Below are positions 42,683 to 57,295 of a stretch of 64,000 nucleotides of DNA, piece after piece. The notes under the pieces are model-generated. The model was given only the letters and a program-made list of their open reading frames with translations, was not told the DNA's origin and did no database searches. The stretch's first letter is position 1; the number at the start of each line of letters is the position of its first letter. The stretch comes from Octopus vulgaris (taxonomy: Eukaryota). A program made the position numbers and the translations under genes. The DNA is taken from contig OX597837.1 of NCBI GenBank assembly GCA_951406725.2, positions 40,424,001-40,488,000 of the forward strand, in the 5' to 3' direction.

Positions 42683-43660
42683 AGGCGGCGAGCTGGCAGA
42701 AACGTTAGCGCGCAGGGTGAAATGCTTATCGGTATTTCGTTTGCCGTTACGTTCTGAGTTCAAATTCCGCTGAGGTCGACTTTGCCATTCATCCTTTCGG
42801 GATCGATAAATTAAGTACCAGTTACGCATTGGGGTCGATGTAATCGACTTAATACCTTTGTCTGTCCTTGTTCCCCCCCCCCCCCCCCCTCTATGTTTAG
42901 CCCCTTGTGGATAATAAAGAAATAGGTATTTCGTCTACCGTTACGTTCTGGGTTCAGATTCCGCCGAGATAGATTTTGCCTTTCATCCTTTCGGGGTCGA
43001 TTAAATAAGTACCATTTACGCACTGGGGTCGATATAATCGACTTAATCCGTTTGTCTGTTCTTGTTTGTCCTGTCTGTGTTTAGCCGTTGTGGGCAGTAA
43101 AGAAATAGGTATTTCGTCTGTCTTTATGTTCTGAGTTCAAATTCCGCTGAGGACAACTTTGCCATTCATCGCTTTGGGATCGATAAATTAAGTACCAGCT
43201 ACGCACTGGAATCGATGTAATCGACTTAATCCCTTTGTCTTTCCTTGTTTGTCCTCTCTATGTTTAGTCCTTGTGGGCAATAAATAAATAAGAAACATTA
43301 GCACGCCGAGCGAAATACTAAGCAGTATTTTGTCTGTCTTCACGATCTGAGTTCAAATTCCACAGAGGTCGATTTTCAGTGGACATTTGATTTTCAGTGG
43401 ACATTTGCTGCGTTTGAGAAGACAAAGATTTATGTATCGGATATTGCATGTTACATTGCTTCCCTCTACGTTGCGATGTAATTCTGCGAGCTGCTAAAAT
43501 CGTTAGCACACAGGACAAAATGCTAAGCGGCGTTTCGTCCACTTTAATATTTTGAGTTCAAATTCTATGTAAGATTACTTTATCTATTACCCTTTCGTGG
43601 AGGGGGTCTATAAAATAAGTACCGGTTGGGAAGCGGGCCCAAAATAAAGTACTTTCCCGC
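42683..43660 (+). mobile_element. SINE family A trimer followed by further partial copies
   Basis: Units joined at aaagaaataggtatttcg (42917, 43099). Confidence 0.88.
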
Positions 43661-43899
43661 CCATCAACAGAGTACTGTATATTACTGGAAGATTTATAGA
43701 ATTTAAGTTGGTTTCCAGTTTGGGAGGAAAATGTTTTGCAACACTGCGTTTTATATAAATTCCATCATTCTGCCTTGTATTAAATATTGCTGTCATTTTT
43801 GACATGGTGCCTCCCCCAAGTGTTTTGGCATACTTTATAGAATTCAGAAATTTATTGTTAACATCTTGGGTTCTTTTCTTTCTACAAAGGTGGACTCTT

Positions 43900-44150
43900 C
43901 AATTTATCGCCGAAATTTATCTTCATTCCATCTTTTTCTATAATTATTTTCATGATTATTGTTCTGACGAACTTTCCGGTCTAGTACTCTCTGTCAAAAC
44001 ATTGATACTTGCCTATCGCTTCTCTCTAAAAACAGTGCATCATTTATCTATTGGGTTTCCTGTCAGCCATAAGTCCTTTTATCCAAATAACTTCTTTCTT
44101 CGAACTCTTGCTCTCTGGAGATCATTACTATCGTCTTTTCGAATTCAGAA
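43900..44150 (+). pseudogene. Decayed CR1/Jockey-like LINE ORF2 C-terminus
   Basis: FYNYFHDYCSDELSGLV...NNFFLRTLALWRSL resembles the FF.RT..LWN.LP terminal motif. Confidence 0.6.
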
Positions 44151-44361
44151 TTGACTTGTTAATGTGGTGGGTCCTCTTCCTTCTACTGGAATTTTTGGCT
44201 CATTGTTAAAATTAATTTTCATTGAATCTTTTCTGTAAATATTTTCTGTGGTCAATGCGCTGATATAATTTCTAATCTACTAATCTCTTTCCATAAATAT
44301 ATATATATATATAAATTTCAATAGAAAAATACCTAGAATGAGAAGCGACTGACACGTTTAA

Positions 44362-44424
<63 letters not shown>

Positions 44425-44436
44425 CATACATATATG

Positions 44437-44525
<89 letters not shown>

Positions 44526-44534
44526 CATACATAC

Positions 44535-44797
<263 letters not shown>

Positions 44798-45091
44798 TTA
44801 TACGTGTCACTCGTTTCTCTTTCTAGGGACTTTCCTTTTGAGCTTTCTCTTAGTAATAAGTCCATTCATCCTAGTCGTTCTAATGGCTTCCTTCCGCTCT
44901 GGAATTGCCGCTTTCTGGATCTCGCTGGCGTCGTCCTATTTTCCTTTGCTTTATGATATTCAGTTCATTAAACATTCTGTCAATCGTCATCTTTTGAAGT
45001 TGTAAGCATCCTTTATTTTTTTTTCTTATGTTACAACAGACTCAAGCCTTAATTGGAACAAAAGGCACAATACATACATACATATATATAT

Positions 45092-45114
45092 ATAATAATA
45101 ATAATAATGATGAC

Positions 45115-45180
<66 letters not shown>

Positions 45181-45214
45181 AACAACAACAACAACAACAA
45201 CAATAATAATAATA

Positions 45215-45246
<32 letters not shown>

Positions 45247-45295
45247 AACAACAACAACAACAACAATAATAATGATAATGATAATGATAATGATG

Positions 45296-45327
<32 letters not shown>

Positions 45328-45378
45328 TATTATTATTATTATTATTATTATAACAACAATAATAATAATAATAATAAT

Positions 45379-45426
<48 letters not shown>

Positions 45427-45474
45427 TATTATTATTATTATTATTATAACAACAATAATAATAATAATAATAAT

Positions 45475-45525
<51 letters not shown>

Positions 45526-45579
45526 TATTATTATTATTATTATTATTATTATAACAACAATAATAATAATAATAATAAT

Positions 45580-45627
<48 letters not shown>

Positions 45628-45678
45628 TATTATTATTATTATTATTATTATAACAACAATAATAATAATAATAATAAT

Positions 45679-45734
<56 letters not shown>

Positions 45735-45740
45735 TAATAA
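45092..45740. repeat. Compound AAT/GAT/AAC/TAT microsatellite with four ~100-bp higher-order units
   Basis: (aat)n(tat)n aacaac (aat)6 att repeated four times from ~45300. Confidence 0.92.
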
Positions 45741-45874
45741 TACCATACAATATTGTTTCCAAGGCTTTCTTACAATTCCTTGATGGTGTTTGTTAATATC
45801 TTTTTCATTACCATACTAAATTCTGGTTTATAATAAATTCTGGTGCCATATTCAACTGAATCTAAATTTTACTG

Positions 45875-45949
<75 letters not shown>

Positions 45950-46009
45950 TTTCCTTGTGCTGCTATAATACTTCGCTGCCCTGTTGTTGGAAGAAACTTA
46001 TTTCTTACA

Positions 46010-46210
46010 TCTGTTACATACCCCGTAGTCTAGCTGACCGTTGGGGTAACACTGATGACTTTGCAATCCGATCTCTCCACCCGTCTCTGTCCTCTGCCTC
46101 TTGCACTGCGCCTGTCATCTTTAGCCCTGTGCACTCACAGACGTTGTTTTCCCACCTCTTTCTCAGTCTTCCACCTTTGACTGTTCCCTGAAGGATTGTT
46201 TGGGCCGTCT
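46010..46210 (-). pseudogene. RTE-clade LINE 3' end
   Basis: Minus translation AQTILQGTVKGGRLRKRWENNVCECTGL...AEDRDGWRDRIAKSSVLPQR. Confidence 0.8.
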
Positions 46211-46299
46211 CTGATGAGGATTCGCAATCTAGACTAGGGTCTGAAAGTTTACCACACCATAGTGGGTTACACTATGGTTCCTCTGCTTTGTGACAGAAG

Positions 46300-46487
46300 T
46301 AGGAAGTAAGAGTGAGAGAAAATTGTTATGAAAGAGTACAGCGGGTTTCACACCACCACCCGCCGGAGCCTCGTGGAGCTTAGGCGTTTTTGCTCAATAA
46401 ACACTGACAATGCCTGGTCTGGGAATCGAAACCGCGTTTTACGACCGCAAGTCCGCTGCCCTAACCACTGGGCCATTGCGCCTCCAC
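46300..46487 (-). mobile_element. SINE family C 5' part
   Basis: Reverse complement of 57296-57485. Confidence 0.88.
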
Positions 46488-46929
46488 TGCTGCTGTTGTT
46501 CTGGTAACAGGAGACTTATTTGTCCTATGATAAAGCAATCAACATCCTCCAATTTCGTACGCTCCATATTTGGTTTAATGAGAACATTAACCTTAAATTT
46601 AGAGATAAGAATGTTTCCATATTTAAAGTTTCATTATGTTTTAATGGAATTGATCTGAGAAATTCGAACCCTCATATATCAATGAAAAAAACTTAATGCC
46701 ATAATCCATTTGGTCACTGACCCGTGAACAAATCCACCAAACTGATTGATGCGTCATGACGAAGATGTAAATATTGACACAAATATCGCATCTCTGACGA
46801 TAATAAAGTGTACAGCGGTAACCTCATTAAAAACAACCCATTAAGAGCATTTACTCATTTTTTTAAATATTGAATAATCATGAGTAGCATCACTCGTGAC
46901 TTACACATTATATTACTAATTATCTAACT

Positions 46930-47003
<74 letters not shown>

Positions 47004-47004
47004 T

Positions 47005-47164
47005 ACGACGGGCTTCTTTCAGTTTCCGTCTACCAAATCCATTCACAAGGCTTTCGTCAACCCGAGGCTATAGTAGAAATCACTTGCCCAAGGTGCCACG
47101 CAGTGGGACTGAACTCCGAACCATGTGGCTGATAAGCAGGCTACATACCACACAGCCACTCCTA

Positions 47165-47165
<1 letters not shown>
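47005..47165 (-). mobile_element. SINE family B 5' half between (TA)n tracts
   Basis: Reverse complement of family B head. Confidence 0.88.
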
Positions 47166-47230
<65 letters not shown>

Positions 47231-47300
47231 TGCATACAAGCATACATACATACATATAAACCTATACTCGTTTTTAAGCAGTGAAGTACAAACACAAGAT

Positions 47301-47364
<64 letters not shown>

Positions 47365-47878
47365 TCACACACACACGCACACCTCACATGCCCGTACACC
47401 CGCAAAGTCTCTATTTTATCCAACTGAAGCTGAGAGATTACCGTGAGATTCGAGTTTCACAATGCTACACGTCCTTGTCACTTTATTAACGAAACCTATC
47501 TGTCCTTCAAGAGAACTGAAGCCAAAAATAACGTTTTTGTGTTCAGCGGATGCTTTTAGTTATTTACATAAAAAACAAATCAAAGAATAACGTTTTTCCA
47601 TTATAGAAACTTTATTGCTTTTTTTTTTTTTTTTTTGCTTGTTCATAACTCTTCTCAGAATCCAAACACGAATAGAGAAATCTAAACAATACAAAAACGA
47701 TTCAAGAGATACGCGAAGTCTTAGACAATGTTGTACTTCATAGAACATAGACGCAAGAAATATAAACATCAGGCATGGTTTCGGGGTTGTGCTTGCCTAG
47801 TTACAGATTTTGAGATTTGAAATACTATCACGTGATTTTATCGGAACATAACTGTAGCCGTCATAATAGCGACTACTA

Positions 47879-48211
47879 ACCCCTTAGGGACACTGTATGC
47901 TGTTACGCAACCATAATATACTACCTGGTAATTTAAAGGCTTATAAGTCAATACTTTGGATATTTAACCAATGTGTTCCAGGAGGGTTAATGAACTCAAT
48001 GTGGTACTGATGAAAGGGTAAGAACTCCTGAAATATGTATATACCACTTAGGGACACTGTATGCTGTTACGCAACCACAATGTACTACCTGGTAATTTAA
48101 AGGCTTATAAGTCAATACTTTGGATATTTAACCAATGTATTCGAGGAGGGTTAATGAGTTGAATGTGTTACTGATGAAAGGGTAAGAACTCCTGAAATAT
48201 GTATATACCCC
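47879..48211 (+). mobile_element. 164-bp tandem dimer, each unit ending in a hammerhead motif (48001-48047; 48165-48211)
   Basis: cttagggacac at 47883 and 48047; GTGGTA-CTGATGA-A-AGGG taagaac TCCT-GAA-ATA tg TAT-A-TACCAC. Confidence 0.75.
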
Positions 48212-48323
48212 CATTACCGATTTTTTGTGTCTTGTATCGCATTGTTTACATAGACGTATTCGTATATAAAATATTGTAAGAAATCAGTGCTGACTCTAAT
48301 CTCTATTGAATAACTACAGATAA

Positions 48324-48394
<71 letters not shown>

Positions 48395-49213
48395 GTGAGA
48401 GAGAGAGAGACTACTTTCTACTGAGCTGTACGATCGAACCCCCAACCACGCTATCTTCACCCCGCAACGGCCGAACACCAGCACCCACATGCTAGTGTAT
48501 CATTCGAAGAAGGACAACAGGCTAATATTTCCGTATTTCCAGCTTCTCCGAAATAACACATAAATTCCAACACAAACACATTTCGCTTTGCAATTTCTCT
48601 TAAGTAAATGCAATTTACTCGACTTTTATAAGGTCAACAAAAAGTACATTTATTATCAGGAACAAACCCCATATGTATTCATTTATTCACTTATTTATTT
48701 ATTTATATATTTATTTATTTATTTATTTATTTATTGTACTCTAAACTGAATAAAATAACAAACATAAATATGCAAAAATAAGGAAAAGAAAGACCGCAAG
48801 AAACGAAAGACAACATTAATACACTAATAACGTTGGAGACACTTAGCGACTGCAATTATACGCGCCAACAGTTTTTATGATATGCAGGAAAATAATGGCG
48901 TACAGTTTGGGAGACTTGCCTTCTTTATATCTTTTTCTTGCAAATGCATTTTGTTGTTTACAGATCAATAGTAAATACTGTTTCGTGGACAATATTGACT
49001 TAGATATAAATATAAATAACACATACATATAAATACACACACATATACTTACACATATGTAAGAATGTATATATATATATATATATATATATATGTAGGT
49101 CCCGGGTTAGTCGGGGTTATATCAGTAAATAAGGTACTCAATACATATAAATTAATTTATTTTATATCTATATCAAAGAAATCATCAGGAGCTTCTGATG
49201 ATTTCTTTTATAT

Positions 49214-49249
<36 letters not shown>

Positions 49250-49299
49250 ATTATGTCTGTATGAATATGCGTGTGTTTGTATGTCTGTATGTGTGTGTG

Positions 49300-49787
49300 T
49301 TTGTGTGTCTGTGTTTGTCCCCCTAGCATTGCTTGACAACCGATGCTGGTGTGTTTACGTCCCCGTCATTTAGCGGTTCGGCAAAAGAGACCGATTTGAA
49401 TAAGTACTGGGCTTACAAAGAATAAGTCCCGGGGCCGATTTGTTCGACTAAAGGCGGTGCTCCAACATGGCCTCAGTCAAATGACTGAAACAAGTAAAAG
49501 AAAAGAAAAAAAAAGAAATATAGGTACTACATTTTCGAACATAACAACAAAAGCTACTCGAGGCGGTGCTCCAGCATGGCCGCAGTGCAATAAATGCAGC
49601 GAGCAAAAACAAGATAAAATAAGGCGCAGGAGTGGCCGTGTGGTAAGTAGCTTGCTAACCAACCACATGGTTCCGGGTTCAGTCCCACTGCGTGGCATCT
49701 TGGGCAAGTGTCTTCTGCTATAGCCCCGGGCCGACCAATGCCTTGTGAGTGGATTTGGTAGACGGAAACTGAAAGAAGCCTGTCGTA

Positions 49788-49876
<89 letters not shown>

Positions 49877-50420
49877 GTATGTGTGTGTGTGTGTTTGTGT
49901 GTCTGTGTTTGTCCCTCTAGCTTTGCTTGACAACCGATGCTGGTGTGTTTACGTCCCCGTCATTTAGCGGTTCGGCAAAAGTGACAGATAGAATAAGTAC
50001 TGGGCTTACAAAGAATAAGTCCCGGGGCCGATTTGTTCGACTAAAGGCGGTGCTCCAGCATGGCCTCAGTCAAATGACTGAAACAAGTAAAAGAAAAGAA
50101 AAAAAAAGAAATATAGTTACTACATTTCCGAAAATAACAAGAAAAATGAAAGTAAAATAACTGCCGGTCAATTTGTTCGACTAAAGCTACTCGAGGCGGT
50201 GCTCCAGCATGGCCGCAGTGCAATAAATGCAGCGAGCAAAAACAAGATAAAATAAGGCGCAGGAGTGGCTGTGTGGTAAGTAGCTTGCTAACCAACCATA
50301 TGGTTCCGGGTTCAGTCCCACTGCGTGGCATCTTGGGCAAGTGTCTTCTGCTATAGCCTCGGGTCGACCAATGCCTTGTGAGTGGATTTGGTAGACGGAC
50401 ACTGAATGAAGCCAGTCGAA

Positions 50421-50479
<59 letters not shown>

Positions 50480-50700
50480 GTATGTGTGTGTGTGTTTGTG
50501 TGTCTGTGTTTGTCCCTCTAGCTTTGCTTGACAACCGATGCTGGTGTGTTTTATGTCCCCGTTACTTTGCGGTTCGGCAAAAGAGACCCATAGAATAAGT
50601 ACTGGGCTTACTAAAGAATAAGTCCCGGGGTCGATTTGCTCGACTAAAGGCGGTGCTCCAGCATGGCCGCAGTCAAATGACTGAAACAAGTAAAAGAGTA
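49300..50700 (+). mobile_element. Tandem array of SINE family B (3' half + two full copies), period ~653 bp
   Basis: Heads at ~49623 and ~50276, each preceded by the same ctactcgaggcggtgctccagc...aagataaaataa linker. Confidence 0.9.
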
Positions 50701-51159
50701 AAAATAGTAAAGAGTATCCGAAATGCACAACACACACGCAAACCCAAAAACCAAAATAACGTTCCTCTTGAGATTTGAAAGTTATTTCAGTATGAAAAAT
50801 AATGGCGTTGTCCAGAGTGAAGAAATGTAATTATTTCTAAACTGTCAGACATCAAGATTATTTGGAACGGTGCCAGAATAGAGGCCATTTCAATCAAGGC
50901 AGATATGATACTAATCACTCGTTCCATTCCTATCGATCCCCCAATCCTCCAATAAAAATGGAAATTTGCCATGGTTTTTCCTAGAGAGAACAAGGAATAT
51001 TTTCGAGTTATCTTTACCGAAATATTGGCTGCGAGGGTTTCGCTAAGCGAGGAAATTATATTCGTATCGAAACGAAGATAATACGAGTTCCTTGAAGTCG
51101 AAGAATTACTGGTGCTGCCAGCAGAGGTAGAGTGAAACAATGGACCTGTTGTTGAAGGC

Positions 51160-51453
51160 AGTAGTGGTAGTAGTGGTAGTGGTGATGTTGGTGGGGGTGT
51201 GGGTGGTTGGTGCGGTTGGGATGATGGCTGTCAGGGTAGTAGTCACGGTAGCGGTAGTAGCAGCACAAGTGGTAGTAGTAGTAGTAGTAGTAGTAGTAGC
51301 AGTAGTGGTAGTAGTTGTAGTAGTAGTAGTAGTTGTGGTGGTGGTGATGGTGATAGTGTAGTTGTAGAAGCGATTGTAATAGTGGTAGTCGGAGGAGGTG
51401 TAGTGGTGGTGGTGATGGTAGTAGTAGTTGTAGTTGTAGTAGTAGTAGTTGTT

Positions 51454-51491
<38 letters not shown>

Positions 51492-51584
51492 GGTGGCAGT
51501 GGTGGTGGTGGTGGTGGTGGTGGTAGTGTCGTTGCAGAAGCGATTGTAATAGTGGTGGTCGGAGGTGTAGCGGTGGTGGTTATG

Positions 51585-51682
<98 letters not shown>

Positions 51683-51832
51683 GGTAGCGATTGTAATAGT
51701 GGTAGTCGGAGGAGGTGTAGTGGTGGTAGTGATGGTAGTAGTAGTAGTAGGGACAATCGTAGTACCAGTAGTATCAGTGGTATCAGTAGTGGTGGTGGCG
51801 GTGGTAGTGGTGGTGGCGGTGGTAGTGGTGGC
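51160..51832. repeat. (GTA)/(GTG) compound microsatellite with recurring gcgattgtaatagtgg word
   Basis: Word recurs at ~51370, ~51540, ~51687. Confidence 0.9.
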
Positions 51833-52141
51833 GTCTTTAGTCGAGCAAATCAACCCAAGGCCTTATTCTTTGTAAGCCCAGTACTTATTCTGTCGAGCTC
51901 TTTTTGCCGAACTGCTAGCTTATGGGGACGCAAACACACCAACATCGGTTGTGAAGCGACGATGAGGGGCAAACACTGACACACAAACACGCACATCCGT
52001 GTACCAAATCCACTCACAAGGCATTGGTCGGCCCAAGGCTATAGCAGAAGAGACTTGCCCAAGGTGCCACGCAGTGGGACTGAACCCAGAACCATGTGAT
52101 TAGTAAGGAAGTTACTTACTACATAGGCCCTCCTACACCTA
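51833..52141 (-). mobile_element. SINE family B, internally deleted
   Basis: Reverse complement of head and body. Confidence 0.85.
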
Positions 52142-52686
52142 TTGCTTTTTTTTGTTGTGTTTTTGCTGGTACTGTTGTGCTGTTATTACAGTTATTGCTA
52201 TCTATCCCTAAGTAGGCAATGATAAGCAAACCTGTGATCAAGATCATTCCATCCGTGACCATTCCGTTCTAATTTTAGACATAGATTAACCCCAGACAAC
52301 ACTTCTCGAAATTGCCTTGTTTTTCAATTGTAAACTAACGTTTACAATTTCTAAAATATCTAGTTGCTATTTCTAGCATGTCGAGCAACCATATAGAGGT
52401 CTCCATGTGGTTTACTCTCAAAGCTACGTGCGTTATCCAGGAGATTATAGAGAATTATTTTGGCCGCCATAATGCTTTTATTTAGTTTTAGCTTTTGTGA
52501 ATATATAGATGTTCACTCGGTGTATGTATATTTGTTTAGTGTTCGCATCAAGAATTTTGCATACAGGGTGTATATAGAAGCTTGTGCATTGTGATGGACG
52601 AATGATTGCGCCGAGTGAACGCGCTATTGTGCAGCAGGTTCTATATTGTGTACACAGCGTATAATTGGAATTACGTGTTGTGTGTG

Positions 52687-52733
<47 letters not shown>

Positions 52734-52763
52734 GTCTATCTATCTATCTATCTATCTATTTAC

Positions 52764-52853
<90 letters not shown>

Positions 52854-52955
52854 GGAGAGATCCATATATATTTATACGTGCTTATATGTATACATCTATG
52901 TATACATATGCATCTGTTTATATATATGCATCTATGTATACATATATGTCTTTGC

Positions 52956-52994
<39 letters not shown>

Positions 52995-54299
52995 ACAATT
53001 CTTCTTGAGATTTTACAACTATATATATATATAAGGATATATGTGTATATATACATTTTTGCATAATATAAGTAAATATGTATATACATATGTATATGTT
53101 TTTATTATATGCCTATAGGTATATATAGATTACATTAGTATATAAGTGTATATATATAACTAATTTATAGAAACTTTACACACAGCAGAGTTCTTCATTG
53201 TACACTGTAAATATATATAATTGTTGTATGTTGTATAATGAACGTATGAATATAAAACTGAAAACTGCATACGTACAACAACCTACACATTTATATTAAT
53301 ATAATTATAATTATGTACGATCTTGTGCTGTGTAGATAATGTGTTTGGTTATAGCAAATAAATCTTGGCATAGATAGTAAATTTGTAATTAATAAAAGAA
53401 GAACATGCCATAGATTCATTAATTCTTCTGGCATCTGATTGGTTAGTTCCTGATTTGGAATGAATGACCTTTAAAACCAATTTAAAGTATATTATCTAAT
53501 TATATTCCCTGCCTTACCCAATCAATTTTCGCTTCAATTTGAATATAAAATTCAGTTCCGTTAGAAGAATTCTATTTTATAACGTCCACAGTAATAATCA
53601 AAACATAAGGTCTTCCAAGGAATGTGCTGTCGGGTGGGTTCCGACGCTGTCTGCAAAGGGCTAGCTCGCCTTCCAGCCTCGGAATTCCGGCTTCAGTCAC
53701 ATTCCGCAGCACTTAGGGCAAGTGACTTCTACTGAAGTCCCGTGAGTGAATGTCTTTTGAGTGAATTTGGTAGACGGAATCACGTCTGGACGCCTGTCGT
53801 ATATGTATATGTTTATGTGTGTGTGTGTGTATGTGTTTGTGTGCGTGGATGTGACTTTGTGCTTGTATTTATCCCCGCTTGACTTCTTGATAACCAGAAG
53901 TAGTTCCCTGAAGTCTCTGTAAAATGGCGATTCGGCAAGGTAGACCCGTAGAATAAGCACAAAACCATTAATAACAAGTGCAGCAGTTGATTTTTTCCAA
54001 TCAAATAAAGTTCAATAACTGAAACTAGTATTCTTTTTTTCTTCTTCTTCTTCTTTAAAAGAGTATATATACATATATATGCATGTACATACATATATAT
54101 ACATATACATGCATGTACATACATATATATATACATATATATGCATGTACATACATATATATATATACATATATATGCATATACATACATATATATACTC
54201 TTTACTCTTTTACTTGTTTCAGTCATTTGACTGCAGCCATGCTGGAGCACCGCCTTTAATCGAGCAACTCGACCCCGGCATATATCTATCTATCTATCT

Positions 54300-54541
54300 G
54301 GTCTTTTCTGTCGGCTTTTCTTTCCACGGATGAACCTAATCTTGTTACTTTGAAAAAAAAAAAAATTTTTTTCTATCTGTGATACACGATCCCTTTCGAT
54401 CGTCATTTTTTTTTTTATCTCTTCCGATCCCTTTTGATCGAAATTTTACATTTGTTTCCTTTTTTTTCTACTTTTTCTTTTTCCATCTCCGAAAAGAAAA
54501 GCTCTATATTTGTAATTGTGCCCTGTGTGGCCAATAAAGAA

Positions 54542-54545
<4 letters not shown>
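54300..54545 (+). mobile_element. Tx1 LINE 3' UTR fragment in (CTAT)n
   Basis: Homologous to 20372-20664 (ggcttttctttccacgg...gaaaagctcta...ccctgtgtggccaataaagaaa); (CTAT)n on both sides. Confidence 0.85.
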
Positions 54546-54595
<50 letters not shown>

Positions 54596-54675
54596 CTATC
54601 TATCTATCAATCTATCTATCTATCTATCTATCTAGCTATCTATCTATCTATCTATCATCAATATCTATCTATCTA

Positions 54676-54706
<31 letters not shown>

Positions 54707-54711
54707 AATCC

Positions 54712-54762
<51 letters not shown>

Positions 54763-54767
54763 AATCC

Positions 54768-54830
<63 letters not shown>

Positions 54831-54871
54831 CATCTATCCAACCATAGACCTCTCAAGGATTTCACCGATTA

Positions 54872-55099
54872 CAGTAAACCCTCGACTGTCGTGGGTTCCA
54901 AAATCTCCCGCGATAAGTGAAAATCCGTGAAGTAGAAACAATACTGTGTTGTATAGTTTCTTTTATTATTTTTATAATTTCTATATATTTATTTTATTAT
55001 AAACCCAAAACACCACGGAGGAATCGACATAAGCTTAAATAATAAACCGCGATATGCTGAACAGCAATAGGTGAACCGCGATATTGCGATGGTTTACTG
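54872..55099. mobile_element. Tc1/mariner-pogo (Tigger-like) MITE
   Basis: TA|CAGTAAACC...GGTTTACTG|TA; 228 bp. Confidence 0.85.
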
Positions 55100-55385
55100 T
55101 ACTTCTTGATTTAATACGGATTTTAAGTGCTCAGCCCGCCTTTTCAGAATGTTATCTTTGTCACTTAGGTGTTTTTTGACCTTAAGTGTTCCGTACCGCC
55201 CCCCCCCCCCTTTCTTTTTTTAGACCAAATAAATCTTTCAGATTATCATATACGTCATATCATACATAATAATGATGATGACGATGATGATGGTGATGAT
55301 GATAGTAATAATAACAACAACATCAGCAATAATAATAAGAATATTAACAATAATAATAATGATGATGATGATTGTAATGATGATG

Positions 55386-55470
<85 letters not shown>

Positions 55471-55688
55471 TAATAATGATAATAATAATAACGGTTTAGT
55501 AAATCAGAAAACATTAATTCTAGCCATATATATATTCGGGTCGATTCTATTGTCTCTACTCCTTATTTAAAAACATCAGTCTCGAAATAAAATAAAATAA
55601 AATCAAAAAGAAAAAAAAAATCAAATGAAATCGATATTGGAGAAGAAATAACTTGGATGTAAATAGACGTGTGAGTGTTAATATACAT

Positions 55689-55756
<68 letters not shown>

Positions 55757-56227
55757 ATGTATATGTATATGCGTAGTGTACGTCACTAAGACCAGCGGTT
55801 CTTTTAATAGTGAATAGGGGAGACGCTGGAAGATAACTATTGCGCTTCTGTGTTTTTTTATGATGCAGGCTGGTTTTCAAATATATCTCCTAATCAGTTC
55901 CTCTGATAAATATAAAGTTAACTTTAGTCACGAAATTCAAAGACTGTTTTTTTTTTCCCTCTCTTTCTAAATTAGAGAGTTATATTTTCATTCGCTGACA
56001 GGAATTTCAATATTTCAAATAAAATATGATTAAAGGAAAAAGAAAGAAATACACAAAAAAACCCCCAAAAATATTCATAGACAAACATCGTAGATCAGAG
56101 GAATGTAGACAAAAATATATAAAATTTTTGAATATATATATATGTAATTTTGGTGTATATATATTATAATTTTCGTGTATATATATATATAATTTTTGTA
56201 TATATATATCGTATATTCATACATACG

Positions 56228-56298
<71 letters not shown>

Positions 56299-56625
56299 GT
56301 ACATATAAATAGACGTTAACAGACACAGGCACACATGCATATACATGTATACATATACATACAAATATAATCAAATATAATGTACTTTCACACACACACA
56401 CACATATATATATATACAGGCTGGCAGGCCCGCGTACACGCACGCATATACGTTTAATGGCGAATGTGCGGTGAGGCAGTGGAATCTTTGTTTGTCTATA
56501 GGAGATTTTCAATCAGTGACCGTGCAAAGATACACAGCAGTTAGTCGGTGCTATGATTTGATGTCTGTGGATTACGCAAACGAAATTAATGGAACCCAAA
56601 ATACACTCATATACAATTACATACG

Positions 56626-56665
<40 letters not shown>

Positions 56666-57295
56666 TGTAAGTGTATATCTCTCCCTATATATATTTATAT
56701 TTATATATATATACATACACATATATATATATATATATACATGTCAGTGTGCGCGTTCGCGCACACAGGCGTGGCTAGGTGGGAAGAAGCTTGCTTCCCA
56801 ACCACATGGTTCCGAGCTCAGTCCCACTGCATGGCACTTCTTCTTCCCCTCTTCTGTCTTCTTCTTTTTCTTGTTGTTGTTGTTCTTCTTCTCTCTCTCT
56901 CCCTCCCCCCGTTCTCTCTCTCTCACACACACACAAGTACATGCGTACATATACACATAACTACCCTGACCATATACCATATATATTGAAATATTTCCAT
57001 CAACTGGTTAATATTTTGAAATGGATTAACTGAGGAAATTCATACGTAATGGATGCATTTCCCATTATATATCATACAGAGCAGAAACATGCGTATTAAA
57101 ATAATTTTAAAATATTACTATTTGGTTTTACTTCATTATGGCAACTAATACGACTCGATGCCAGTAGAAACTAGCTGACCCATACACTACTTACGTGGAT
57201 GCACAAAGAACGATTCGAAGTAGTGTGTTATGTTTGACTCAACTCGAAAATTCTACACCACTTCTTAGTGTAACACTAAATATATAGATGTGTGT

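Noticed and set aside
46205-46250. CTGATGA-GGATT cgc AATCT hammerhead-like start (similar partial hits at 26160, 28192, 39644)
   Set aside because: GAAA does not follow stem II and no stem I/III closure is evident
50787-51853. Mucin-like Thr-rich ORF and adjacent 117-aa ORF
   Set aside because: Thr run derives from (GTA)/(GTG) repeats and starts inside a SINE; adjacent ORF has no recognisable motif
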